DNA of 64,000 nucleotides, taken from contig CAZFCF010000001.1 of NCBI GenBank assembly GCA_964517685.1, forward strand, positions 345,458-409,457, in the 5' to 3' direction. This document shows, piece after piece, positions 9,189 through 18,602 of the stretch (the stretch's first letter is position 1; every line of letters begins with the position of its first letter). A model generated the notes under the pieces. The model was not told the origin of the DNA. It searched no databases and saw only the letters and a program-made list of their open reading frames with translations. The position numbers and the translations under genes were made by a program. The stretch is from an uncultured Gammaproteobacteria bacterium. GTDB taxonomy: Bacteria > Cyanobacteriota > Vampirovibrionia > LMEP-6097.

Positions 9189-9413
9189 GTGAAGACTGAG
9201 TACGATAAAATTATCGATGATTTTTGGAAATTAGTCGCAGTAATGCTGGCAAGCCCAGAAGCTAGTTTATTCCTATATACTTTCCAAAATTTTGAAAATA
9301 TAAACTACAATAATTATTATTGGGGCAAGCATCTAGTTGGACTAATTCTTGTGCTTGCTAGTTTAAGAGTATTTAGGGGAATCTACGAAAGAAATATAAG
9401 GGAAAAATTATGA
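9189..9413 (+). CDS. Small hypothetical protein, 74 aa.
   Basis: ORF track only, in an otherwise unannotated gap. Confidence 0.25.
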   Translation: MKTEYDKIIDDFWKLVAVMLASPEASLFLYTFQNFENINYNNYYWGKHLVGLILVLASLRVFRGIYERNIREKL

Positions 9414-9625
9414 ATGAAAGTTTAATTGGTTTATTAAAAGGTTTTGGTATGTTCTTTATGATGATAGGTTTTTTAGTATTTATTGGCAGACCTGTCAATA
9501 AAATGGCTTTTAAAAAAGAACTAGAACAAGAAAAGGCTATGAATCTTAAGGGAAAAGGTTGGTCATTAGAACGTTGGTTCTTTTGTGATATTTTAGCTTT
9601 TCCGAAAAAAGATTTTATGAATTAA
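9410..9625 (+). CDS. Small hypothetical membrane protein, 71 aa.
   Basis: Hydrophobic segment FGMFFMMIGFLVFIG. ORF track only. Confidence 0.25.
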   Translation: MNESLIGLLKGFGMFFMMIGFLVFIGRPVNKMAFKKELEQEKAMNLKGKGWSLERWFFCDILAFPKKDFMN

Positions 9626-12255
9626 CTAGCAACCACGTTAACTAATTTCTCTGGAACCACTATAACTTTCTTCACACTCAAGCCTTCAATACGCTTTTGC
9701 ATTTTAGTATTAGCTAAAGCAAGCTTTTCAATAGCAGCCTTATCCATTGATTTCTCAACTTCAATAACATCTATCTTTTTACCCATGAATTGAATCACGA
9801 GATTATAGCTATTAGTTTCTAGATACTCATCTTGATATTGAACCCATTTCTGTATATGTACTGAATTAGCTTTCATAAATTCAGCAGAGAAATCTTCATT
9901 AGTATTTTTCAGTAAAACCATTTCAAACCACAACTCTTCAGCTAAATGTGGAGTAAATGGAGAAAGAATTTTAATAAAGTTAAAAAGTACATGACGGAGA
10001 ACTTTTTGATCTTCTTCATCAAAGGTACTAGCAGATTCATTTCTAGCGTTTATATATTTGTACATTGAATTGATAAATTCGAACATTCTAGAAATAGCAG
10101 TATTAAAACCATTTCTTTCAGGATCTAAATCATTAGTAATCGCTTTAAGTGCTTGATGAAAAGCTCTAAGAATATCTGCATTATCAGATTCAAGCTCAGC
10201 TACGTTTTCATTAAAAGCAAATTCATAATTAGTAGTTTCTACTTTTAGTGTGTCTTTCAGTTGTTCGAAGAGACGCCATACTCTAGAAACAAATCTAAAT
10301 TGACCGATAGCAGCTTCATCTTGCCACTCTACTTCTGCTTCTACTGGAGCTGCAAAGAGAATAAATAATCTAGCTGCATCGGCACCATACTCATCGAAGA
10401 AATCATTAGTACCAACCACATTGCCGCGTGATTTAGACATCTTTGCTATCTTGCCTTCAGTCTCTGAATATTTCACCACCATACCTTGTGAAAGTAAGCG
10501 AGTGAAAGGTTCATCATAGTTCAGTAAACCACAGTCCCTAAGAGCCTTAGTGAAGAATCGAGAATAGAGTAAATGGAGAATTGCATGTTCTATACCACCC
10601 ACATATTGATCAACAGGAAAAACTTTATCCTTAGCAAAAGGTAAATTTAAATTATGCGCATCAGGATATCTCAAAAAATACCAACTACTACACATAAAGG
10701 TGTCCATAGTGTCAGTAATTCTTTTGGCTTTTTTACCAGTAGTCGCGCAAGTAGTTTCATACCACTCTGGACTATTTGCAAGTATAGAACCACCATCAGA
10801 CTTAGCTTTAGCAAAATCTATGTCGAGTGGAAGCTTTACAGGAAGCTGTTCATAAGGCACTGGATTAATTTCCCCATCTTCAGTTTCCACTAAAGGAATT
10901 GGACAACCCCAATAGCGTTGCCTGCTTATAAGCCAATCTCTCAATCTATAAGTAGTTTTGAAATCAGCAAAGCCTTTAGCCTTGCCCCACTGAACTATTT
11001 TAGTTTTAGCAGTTTCATTATCTAAGCCATTGAATTCACCACTGTTAACCAAAGTTCCAGTGCCAGTGTAAGCTGCTGTCATTGCGAGAAGGGCGGAGCC
11101 CGACGAAGCAATCCCATTGTGGTGACTTGAAGACCCATCTTCACCCTGAATAACCTCTTTCATTGGTAACTTGAATTCTTTAGCAAACTCAAAATCTCTT
11201 TCATCATGCGCAGGAACCGCCATCACTGCACCCGTTCCATAATCCACTAAAGCATAATCTGCAATCCAAACAGGAATTTTTTCGTTGGTAAAAGGATTGA
11301 GACAATAGGCACCAGTAAAGCAGCCAGTTTTTTTTCTACCTTCTGCTGTCCTTTCAATCTCTGTAAGTGACGCAGTTATAGTAATGTAATCAGCAATAGC
11401 TTTTTTCTGAGCTTCAGTACTTAGCTTAGCTACAAGCTTATGTTCGGGAGCCAAGACCATATAAGTCACTCCCATAATGGTGTCAGGTCTAGTAGTAAAA
11501 ACTTTAATTCTTTCGCTAGTAGCTTTGCCTTCAGCATCAAGAATAGGAAAATCAATTTCTGCACCTTGAGATTTACCAATCCAATTACGTTGCATTAGTT
11601 TTACGCTACTAGGCCAGTGTTCAAGCTTATCCAAGTCCGTGAGCAGTTCTTCTGCATAAGCAGTGATCTTCAAGAACCATTGTTTCATCATGCGTTTCTT
11701 GACTTCAGTGTTACCATGACGCCAACATTTACCATCTTCTACTTGCTCGTTTGCAAGCACAGTATTACATTCAGGACACCAATTAACAGGAGCTTCTTTC
11801 TGGTATGCAAGACCTTTATCATAAAGTTTTAGAAATAAATATTGAGTCCATTTGTAGTAATCTTCTCTACAAGAAACTACTTCCCTGTCCCAGTCATAAC
11901 TAGTGCCCATGCGCTTGAGCTGTTCATCACGCATATAACGAATATTTTCTTCAGTCCATTTACCTGGATGAATATTACGTTCGATAGCTGCATTCTCTGC
12001 AGGTAAACCAAAGGCATCAAAGCCCATAGGATTCAAGACATTAAAACCTTGCATTCTTTTGTAACGAGAAATTACATCTGAGATCGTATAAACGCGCATA
12101 TGTCCCATGTGGAGATTGCCACTAGGATAAGGAAACATCACTAGAGAATAAAACTGTTCTTTATTTTTCTCATTTTCATCATACTGATAGAGCTTGGCTT
12201 TTTCCCAAAGCCTTTGCCATTTAGTTTCAATGTTTTTTGGATTATATTCAGACAT
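9622..12255 (-). CDS. leuS: Leucine--tRNA ligase, with an in-frame GC-rich insertion.
   Basis: PYPSGNLHMGHMRVYTISDVISRY (HIGH region) and KMSKSRGN. 877 aa. The GC-rich element at 11076-11128 encodes EDGSSSHHNGIASSGSALLAMTAA within the protein. Confidence 0.9.
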   Translation of the reverse strand: MSEYNPKNIETKWQRLWEKAKLYQYDENEKNKEQFYSLVMFPYPSGNLHMGHMRVYTISDVISRYKRMQGFNVLNPMGFDAFGLPAENAAIERNIHPGKWTEENIRYMRDEQLKRMGTSYDWDREVVSCREDYYKWTQYLFLKLYDKGLAYQKEAPVNWCPECNTVLANEQVEDGKCWRHGNTEVKKRMMKQWFLKITAYAEELLTDLDKLEHWPSSVKLMQRNWIGKSQGAEIDFPILDAEGKATSERIKVFTTRPDTIMGVTYMVLAPEHKLVAKLSTEAQKKAIADYITITASLTEIERTAEGRKKTGCFTGAYCLNPFTNEKIPVWIADYALVDYGTGAVMAVPAHDERDFEFAKEFKLPMKEVIQGEDGSSSHHNGIASSGSALLAMTAAYTGTGTLVNSGEFNGLDNETAKTKIVQWGKAKGFADFKTTYRLRDWLISRQRYWGCPIPLVETEDGEINPVPYEQLPVKLPLDIDFAKAKSDGGSILANSPEWYETTCATTGKKAKRITDTMDTFMCSSWYFLRYPDAHNLNLPFAKDKVFPVDQYVGGIEHAILHLLYSRFFTKALRDCGLLNYDEPFTRLLSQGMVVKYSETEGKIAKMSKSRGNVVGTNDFFDEYGADAARLFILFAAPVEAEVEWQDEAAIGQFRFVSRVWRLFEQLKDTLKVETTNYEFAFNENVAELESDNADILRAFHQALKAITNDLDPERNGFNTAISRMFEFINSMYKYINARNESASTFDEEDQKVLRHVLFNFIKILSPFTPHLAEELWFEMVLLKNTNEDFSAEFMKANSVHIQKWVQYQDEYLETNSYNLVIQFMGKKIDVIEVEKSMDKAAIEKLALANTKMQKRIEGLSVKKVIVVPEKLVNVVAS
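11076..11128. repeat. Partial RPE-like element inside leuS, in frame.
   Basis: gctgtcattgcgagaagggcggagcccgacgaagcaatccc shares the left half with the 6498 and 56229 copies. Confidence 0.65.
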
Positions 12256-12304
12256 GCCTTGTACATTTTATCTTATTAAACAAGACTTCTTAAGGAGAGT
12301 ATTT

Positions 12305-12520
12305 CATTAAGCCTTATTAAGCGTAATAATTGATATGAATACGAGATGAGGCAAATGAAGCTTGGTTAGCAAATCAGCTGGGCGCGAAGTTTAAGGAATA
12401 TAAAGTTTTTTAATAATTTTTTTTATTCGCGAAGCGTGTTTCAAGCCCAGCTCGATTTGCTCCAAGCGTAATGAAGTTGAATCCGTATGAAATATCACAT
12501 TACGCTATAAGGCTTAATAA
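12305..12520. repeat. Nested palindromic element: outer inverted repeats plus an inner GC-rich palindrome, between the leuS start and the ABC-permease gene end.
   Basis: Outer arms cattaagccttattaagcgtaataa (12305-12329) and cattacgctataaggcttaataa (12497-12520, inverted). Inner arms gcttggttagcaaatcagctgggcgcgaag (12357-12389) and cgcgaagcgtgtttcaagcccagctcgatttgctccaagc (12428-12467). Confidence 0.6.
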
Positions 12521-13985
12521 ATACTCTATTAACTCCATCTATTAAAAAATTAAAAAACAAAGCAAGCAACGCAGCCGAAATCGCACCCATAAGTATTAAA
12601 GAATTATCACCGAGATCAATCCCAGTTTTAATCAAATCACCAAGACCACCGGCTCCGACAAAGGTAGCAAGTGTAGCCATGCCAACGCAAATCACCGTAG
12701 TAGTTTTAAGCCCTGCAAAAATATATGGCATTGCAAGTGGTAGCTTGATTCTCCACAGAATCAAAGACTCTTTGAGCGCGAGTGAATTAGCTAAATCTAT
12801 ATATTCAGGAGCAATAGTTTTAATTCCCGTATAAGTATTTTGGACTATTGGTAATAAGCCATAAAGTATCAAAGCCATAATTGCAGCTGGCATTCCCAAG
12901 CCTAATATTGGAATTAGTAGAGCAAGCAAAGCCAAGCTAGGAATGGTTTGTATGATTGAAGCTAAAGCTAAAACCAATTTAGCTAAATTCTCTTTATAGC
13001 TAATCAAGATCCCCAGACTAAGACCCAAAACTAAAGCTATTAAGACCGCAATAAAAGTTATTTGTAAATGTCTAACAAAGGCTTTAGCCAAACTTTGTAA
13101 ATCTTCTTCAAACCTAGATTTAGGCTGTAAAGCCTTTCTTTGAGTCAATTCAGCCACAAAAGAATTAGCAACCGATTCATAACTTTCACCATTAATAATT
13201 CGCTGATTTAATTCAATAATTTTTTGATTGCTTAAAGAACCTTCTAAGATTTTTATTACTGATTTTATTTGCGGGAAATTAACAAGTAAATCTTTTCTGT
13301 ATACCAGAATAGATTCATAACTCTTAAGAGCATTTAAATCATCTTTAAGTATCTGGAACTCTGAACTATTAATTCGGGAATCAGTAGAATAAGCATCTAT
13401 AAGATCCACTTTATTGGTTCTCAAAGCATCAAGAGCAATATTATATTCAAGAGCTTTTAAATTTTTGTGTAAATCTAATTTATAAATATCTTCCAAAAGA
13501 CTTAGCCCATCAGGTCTTGCAATGAAATTATGACTTAAGCCATAACGCAAATCTTCTTTCGTTAAATCTGAAATATTTTGTAAATGAATCTCATCAGCTA
13601 AACCTTTTCGAACTAGCAAAACAAAATTATTATCGAAACCAAGACTTTTACTGAAACTAATTTGTTTTTCAGCTAATGCGGTATTTAGATCCTTAGTAGA
13701 TTTCTTTAAACTCAAATCTCTACCAAAAATATAATTAGCTAAAGAAGAAATATAATCCGGATAAATATCAATCTTATTAGCTTGCAAAGCATTAAAACAA
13801 ATATTTACTCCTCCTAAGTAATAAAACTTTTTGACTTTATAATTAGTTTCTTGCTCAATGGTTTGTGAAAGGATTTCAGCTACTAATATCGACTCTGGGA
13901 AGTTACGAGAACCAATATTTATAATAGTTTCAGCCTTAGCACTCAATAAAAAACAAGAAATAAAAATTAGCCAAAAATACTTCAT
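12495..13985 (-). CDS. Osmoprotectant-type ABC transporter: substrate-binding domain fused to a permease domain.
   Basis: Signal peptide, an OpuAC/ProX-like N-terminal domain, and a C-terminal multi-TM domain with an ABC permease EAA-like loop. Confidence 0.6.
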   Translation of the reverse strand: MKYFWLIFISCFLLSAKAETIINIGSRNFPESILVAEILSQTIEQETNYKVKKFYYLGGVNICFNALQANKIDIYPDYISSLANYIFGRDLSLKKSTKDLNTALAEKQISFSKSLGFDNNFVLLVRKGLADEIHLQNISDLTKEDLRYGLSHNFIARPDGLSLLEDIYKLDLHKNLKALEYNIALDALRTNKVDLIDAYSTDSRINSSEFQILKDDLNALKSYESILVYRKDLLVNFPQIKSVIKILEGSLSNQKIIELNQRIINGESYESVANSFVAELTQRKALQPKSRFEEDLQSLAKAFVRHLQITFIAVLIALVLGLSLGILISYKENLAKLVLALASIIQTIPSLALLALLIPILGLGMPAAIMALILYGLLPIVQNTYTGIKTIAPEYIDLANSLALKESLILWRIKLPLAMPYIFAGLKTTTVICVGMATLATFVGAGGLGDLIKTGIDLGDNSLILMGAISAALLALFFNFLIDGVNRVFIKPYSVM

Positions 13986-13986
13986 A

Positions 13987-15483
13987 TTAGATTTTGTTCT
14001 CTTTATATTTCTCTAAAATATACTCTGCAAAGTAACTAATATCATCTTCAAGTTGAGAACGTTCTAAAGCAGCAAAGTATTTTTTACGATCTTCACTTGG
14101 AATAGTAAGCCATCTATATTTGCCTTGAACAAAAGCTAAGTTCATCAAAAATCTTGAAATCCTGCCATTGCCATCACTATGAGGATGAATCCAGACATAA
14201 AAATAATGTAAGAAAATTCCTCTTTCAAAACCATTCTCTATCTCTTTCAAATAATCAAATAAAGTATCTAATAAAGCATAAAGTTTTTCGTGTGCTGGAG
14301 GTACAAAATTAGCTCCCTTAATACTAACCATATGATTACGATAAACATTCAACTCACCATTGATCAACTTTGCATTAATACTAGGTTTCCACAGTTCTTG
14401 GAATAGTTTTTTAGACAAAGCTTCATTGATAACAAAATTACTTGAAATAATTTTTTTTATATATCCCAAAGCATTCATAAAACCTTTAGCAGCTAATTGA
14501 TTTTTCAAATCTACATCATCAACTTGTTCACTGTCGTTTTCTTGTAAATAATCAATAAGAGCCTTAGTTACTGTATAACCTTCAATAGTCAAACTATGGT
14601 AAGTATCATCAACAATAATTGCATCAATATCTTTATCCGTTAAGTTATTGGTTAATTTCTTTGGTTTTTTTAAATGCTCTAATATTTTTATAGCTTTTAA
14701 TATTGAAATTTCAAATCTAGAAACATATATAGGTTTTTCTGTATTAGTAGATAGAACAAAGTCATCAAAAGGATTTACCACTTTAATTTTGGCATCCATA
14801 ATTTTAAAGAACTCCTCTAACTCTAGACGAAGGACTGTATCTCCAATTTGATCTAAAGCTCCAATTAATCTTGCAAGTAAAACTGGTGAACTGTTAGCTT
14901 TAAAAAATTCAAGTATATATTGATCATCTCGATCTGATGATTTAAGCAATGACATGATTTCATATTTAAAATTTTTGTATTCACTTAAAGTGGAATTAAT
15001 TATCAAAAATTCATGTTTTAAATGACTATAAGAACCAGCAAAACAATTTGAAACTAAGATTGGTTTAGTATCAAAATTTTCATCATAAGCAGCAAGTATT
15101 TTCACACCTGAAATCAAGTCAATGATTCTATTTGACTTAGATTTAGTTGCTAAAGAAATTTGTGATGAGTGAATACTGAAATCTTCTACAAGAAATTTAT
15201 ATGCATAATTCCCAGTTAAATACCAACCATCTTTAAAACTTAAATTTAGAAATTGAAAAACTATAATCCAAAAATTATTTTTAAAAGCTATTTCTGCAGA
15301 ATCAAATTGATCTTTGATAAAACAATATTGTTTATTTAAATCTTCAAGAAAAGATTTATGCTTCAGAAATTTATAAATTTTAGTTTCAATAGAACTTTTT
15401 TCAAATACAAGTTGTTTTTGCTTAAGCTGGCGTTTTAGCCAATTCTTTGATTGAAGTTCAATATCATTCAAGGTTTCTGCCAT
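13987..15483 (-). CDS. Fic/Doc (Fido) family protein, 498 aa.
   Basis: Canonical Fic motif HPHSDGNGRISRFLMN (HxFx[DE]GNGRxxR). An upstream SLTIEG matches the inhibitory [ST]xxxE[GN] motif of class-II Fic proteins. Confidence 0.75.
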   Translation of the reverse strand: MAETLNDIELQSKNWLKRQLKQKQLVFEKSSIETKIYKFLKHKSFLEDLNKQYCFIKDQFDSAEIAFKNNFWIIVFQFLNLSFKDGWYLTGNYAYKFLVEDFSIHSSQISLATKSKSNRIIDLISGVKILAAYDENFDTKPILVSNCFAGSYSHLKHEFLIINSTLSEYKNFKYEIMSLLKSSDRDDQYILEFFKANSSPVLLARLIGALDQIGDTVLRLELEEFFKIMDAKIKVVNPFDDFVLSTNTEKPIYVSRFEISILKAIKILEHLKKPKKLTNNLTDKDIDAIIVDDTYHSLTIEGYTVTKALIDYLQENDSEQVDDVDLKNQLAAKGFMNALGYIKKIISSNFVINEALSKKLFQELWKPSINAKLINGELNVYRNHMVSIKGANFVPPAHEKLYALLDTLFDYLKEIENGFERGIFLHYFYVWIHPHSDGNGRISRFLMNLAFVQGKYRWLTIPSEDRKKYFAALERSQLEDDISYFAEYILEKYKENKI

Positions 15484-15501
15484 AACTATTAGTAATTATA
15501 C

Positions 15502-15616
15502 CCGATATTTTCCAGCAATTAATACCGATACTTTCCAGTGAATGAAGCCTAGCTTTACTAGAAAAAGTCGCCTAGTTTCACTAGAAAATCTTGCCTAGTT
15601 TTACTGGAAATTTCTA
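15502..15616. repeat. Tandem direct-repeat array, 5 units of 23 bp.
   Basis: Units start at 15502, 15525, 15548, 15571 and 15594: ccgatattttccag..., ccgatactttccag..., cctagctttactagaaaaagtcg, cctagtttcactagaaaatcttg, cctagttttactggaaatttcta. Confidence 0.7.
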
Positions 15617-15617
15617 A

Positions 15618-16295
15618 TTACTGGCTTAAAATAAGGCTTTTTAGCTCTAAGCTCCTATCAGCCAAACCCTCAATTTCTTCCGAGTTATGGCTTACAAGAA
15701 TCATTGAAGTACCCTGTTTTTTAAGCAATTGAAACTTATTAATCAAAATAGATTTAGTTTCTTTATCAATACCATTAAAGGGTTCATCAAGTAAAAGTAA
15801 TTTAGGTTTATTCATTAATGCCAAAGCTAAAGCGACTCTTTGCGCTTGCCCACCCGAAAGCTCTGCTGGATAACGACCTTCATATTCCCTAAAATTAATC
15901 TCCACAAAATCCAGTAATTCAGAAATTTCTTGTAAGAAAAAATCTTTCTTAGCTTGAAAGCCAAAAATCATTTCAGTGTTTCTCATTTCATTTTGCTTAG
16001 ATAAAGCCAAATTATCAAACACAGTTAAATGCGGAAATAGGATTCCTTTTTGGAAAATATATGAAATTTGTTTTCTAAGATCTTTTAAATCCCAATCATT
16101 GATTGATTTATCAAAGAAAGAAATAGAGCCCTTATCATAAGCCAAAAGCCGATTAATAAGTTTCAGAACTGTAGTTTTACCAGAACCACTGGGACCAATG
16201 ATAGCTAAGCATTCGGAATCAGTGACGTTAAAACTAAGATCACAAACAATCGGTTTATCACTAAAACTTTTAGAAATATCTCGTACTTCAAGCAT
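15618..16295 (-). CDS. ABC transporter ATP-binding protein.
   Basis: Walker A GPSGSGKTT, ABC signature LSGGQAQRV, Walker B LLLLDEP. Confidence 0.8.
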   Translation of the reverse strand: MLEVRDISKSFSDKPIVCDLSFNVTDSECLAIIGPSGSGKTTVLKLINRLLAYDKGSISFFDKSINDWDLKDLRKQISYIFQKGILFPHLTVFDNLALSKQNEMRNTEMIFGFQAKKDFFLQEISELLDFVEINFREYEGRYPAELSGGQAQRVALALALMNKPKLLLLDEPFNGIDKETKSILINKFQLLKKQGTSMILVSHNSEEIEGLADRSLELKSLILSQ

Positions 16296-16870
16296 TAGAA
16301 TACTTGAGTTACAGTTTCTACTAAATCAGGAACCTCTGCAAGCAAGGCACGCTCAACACCCATTTTCATAGTCATCAGAGCACTTGGACAAGTACCACAA
16401 GCCCCAACCATTCTTAGCCTTGCATCCTTAGCAACAACATCAACCAATTCAATATTGCCGCCGTCAGCAACTAAAGCAGGTCTAATTTTATTTAAAACAG
16501 CTTCAATACGTCCTCTAGCATCAGAGTCATCACCACTTGGAGCAGTTTCAGCAGGTTTATTTTGTTCTGCCCATTTATGCATTCCATCAAGATTAGATTT
16601 GATAGCTTCTTTAATCTCTAGATGAATATCTTTCCAATTGATATGTTCTTCTTTATCAACAGTAACGAAATTATTCATAACGAAAACTTTCTTGATACCA
16701 GGTATTTTAAAAAGAGATTCAGCGAGCGTATTGCCAACATTTTGAGCTTCATTAATGTTTAAATAACTCAGCGAATTTGAGTAAGGATAAATTACTTCAC
16801 TGCAAATAAACTTCAGGCTATTTGGGTTAGGGGTGTATTCCGCTCGTACAGTAAGGTTTAAGGTATCCAT
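16295..16870 (-). CDS. nfuA: NfuA-type Fe-S cluster assembly protein (Nfu_N + NifU-like domains).
   Basis: C-terminal GACGTCPSALMTMKMGVE is the NifU CxxC motif. An Nfu N-terminal domain is present. Confidence 0.65.
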   Translation of the reverse strand: MDTLNLTVRAEYTPNPNSLKFICSEVIYPYSNSLSYLNINEAQNVGNTLAESLFKIPGIKKVFVMNNFVTVDKEEHINWKDIHLEIKEAIKSNLDGMHKWAEQNKPAETAPSGDDSDARGRIEAVLNKIRPALVADGGNIELVDVVAKDARLRMVGACGTCPSALMTMKMGVERALLAEVPDLVETVTQVF

Positions 16871-16888
16871 ACTGTAATTATAGCTTAT

Positions 16889-18208
16889 TTAGTACTCAGG
16901 GAACCTGTCGTCTCCAGTATCATCGTCGTCGTCAGGGTTTTCGTTATATTCTTCAACATCTTCATCGTCTTCGAAGTCTTCGTCTTCTTCCTCTTCGACT
17001 TCTTCTTCATCTAGATCTTCAACATCATCTTCAAGGTCATCATCTTCTTCCTCAAGATCATCAGAATCATCATCTAGATCTTCATCAGGATCATCTAAAT
17101 CATCATCACCCAGCATAAGTTCTGCTTCTTGATCACTAAAATCGTTAGCACCTAATTCTTTACTATCTTGGCTTTCTAGTTCTAAAATAGACATGGTTTC
17201 ATCCTCTAAATCGATATTGTCAATAATATTATTATCCACATTTTCGCCATGTTGCAACAGGTAATCTTCTAAACTTAAATTTTCGAAATCAAGGTCATCT
17301 AATGGGTCAATTTTGACTTCTATTAAGCCTTCTAGAAGCTCGTTTTTAGGCTCAATCATTGGGTCTTTTAAGGGTTTTATCTCATAACCTAAATAACGTC
17401 CTAAGACCTCTTTTAATACTTTTATTTGACCACTGAAAGATGCGTCAAGACGACCACCTTGAGTATTTACAATACAAGAGCCTTGATCGATACTTTCATC
17501 TTTTTGAAAAACTAATTTTATGGAAGGATCGAGCACTTTTAACAAGGCTTTTTCCAGGAAAGCAACTTTATCAATATCCTTTGGATGTAAATAAATTTGC
17601 ATAATACCTTTGGCGGTAACAACTTTAGAAATAGCTCTTTCTACTTGAGTTTGCAAGACTTCATCATTAGTTTCAACTTCATATCCAAGGATTTGATTAA
17701 CTAAATCAAAAGCAATGGACATAATTTCTTTTTTGGATTCTTCAATTACATTTTTCTTAGCATGATGAAAAGTTGCGAGATAATTCATTAGCTCAGCAAT
17801 GATCTCTGAAGCTTTAGACATTCCCTCTTCAAAGGATTGTTTAAGTTCTTGTTCTTTTAAAATTACAATTTGATTTCTTTCATTTTCAAGTAATTTTTTA
17901 GTATCATAAATTTCAATCTCAGCAGTTTTTTTATAGGCATTAGCCTCCTCAACAATAGTTGCAGCCTCAGTTTGAGCCTCTTGGATCATTTGCTGTATTT
18001 CTTCTTCAGCATGAGATTTTTTAACAGCAATCTCCCTATTGAATTCCTCTAATAATGCTTCAGATTTTTTTTGTACTAAAGATTGAGCTTGATTCTCAAT
18101 TTCTTGAGTAATAGGATTATTGAAATTAAAACCAGAGTTAGAAATAGCAGTAGCTTTAGTAACAGGTACTACAATCTCCTTTACTGTTTTTTTCTTCTTT
18201 ATTAACAT
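16889..18208 (-). CDS. fliH: Flagellar assembly protein FliH (SctL family) with a ~170-aa poly-acidic C-terminal tail.
   Basis: N-terminal Glu/Ala/Gln-rich coiled coil. C-domain GSCIVNTQGGRLDASFSGQIKVLKEVL matches the FliH/YscL C-terminal block. Residues ~270-439 are >60% Asp/Glu. Confidence 0.6.
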   Translation of the reverse strand: MLIKKKKTVKEIVVPVTKATAISNSGFNFNNPITQEIENQAQSLVQKKSEALLEEFNREIAVKKSHAEEEIQQMIQEAQTEAATIVEEANAYKKTAEIEIYDTKKLLENERNQIVILKEQELKQSFEEGMSKASEIIAELMNYLATFHHAKKNVIEESKKEIMSIAFDLVNQILGYEVETNDEVLQTQVERAISKVVTAKGIMQIYLHPKDIDKVAFLEKALLKVLDPSIKLVFQKDESIDQGSCIVNTQGGRLDASFSGQIKVLKEVLGRYLGYEIKPLKDPMIEPKNELLEGLIEVKIDPLDDLDFENLSLEDYLLQHGENVDNNIIDNIDLEDETMSILELESQDSKELGANDFSDQEAELMLGDDDLDDPDEDLDDDSDDLEEEDDDLEDDVEDLDEEEVEEEEDEDFEDDEDVEEYNENPDDDDDTGDDRFPEY

Positions 18209-18580
18209 CTATACGTTCTCTAAAACTACTTCATCGATAATTTTTGCAATAGTGTGACTAATATTAGGTCGCATTTTTCTTTTACCTAATCTGTACTCAA
18301 TATATTCACGAACTAAAGGTCTTTCAGTAACAATGAACTCTTGGCTGCGTTGCACTTTAGTTTCATTTTTAACATTTGCAATTAATTTAAAAAAGTCTGG
18401 CCAAGATTTTGCGAAATAATCCCAATCCTCCTGTGACAAAGTCTCATCAATACTGAGATCCACTTCACTAATTTTTTGTACTAAAGGCAAGGGCAATTGT
18501 TCAAAAATAGATTTTTGCGTTTGTGGTGGTAGAGATCTTAAGATCAATGCCAGAGATTTTAATTTTCGATTCATGTCCAT
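18209..18580 (-). CDS. Short FliG-like protein, 123 aa, resembling only the FliG N-terminal (FliF-binding) domain.
   Basis: Sits in the fliG position between fliF and fliH. KLKSLALILRSLPPQTQKSIFEQLPLPLVQKISE resembles the FliG N-terminal block (KAAILLLSLGEE..AAEVLKHL...EV..L). No middle or C-terminal FliG domains follow. Confidence 0.4.
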   Translation of the reverse strand: MDMNRKLKSLALILRSLPPQTQKSIFEQLPLPLVQKISEVDLSIDETLSQEDWDYFAKSWPDFFKLIANVKNETKVQRSQEFIVTERPLVREYIEYRLGKRKMRPNISHTIAKIIDEVVLENV

Positions 18581-18602
18581 CCCAAATTCTCCAATTTAAA
18601 AA

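Noticed and set aside
18209-18580. Considered calling this a full-length fliG or a fliG pseudogene.
   Set aside because: Only ~123 codons with similarity limited to the FliG N-domain. The tight start and stop juxtaposition with fliF and fliH argues against a frameshifted long gene. Kept as a short FliG-N-like protein with low confidence.
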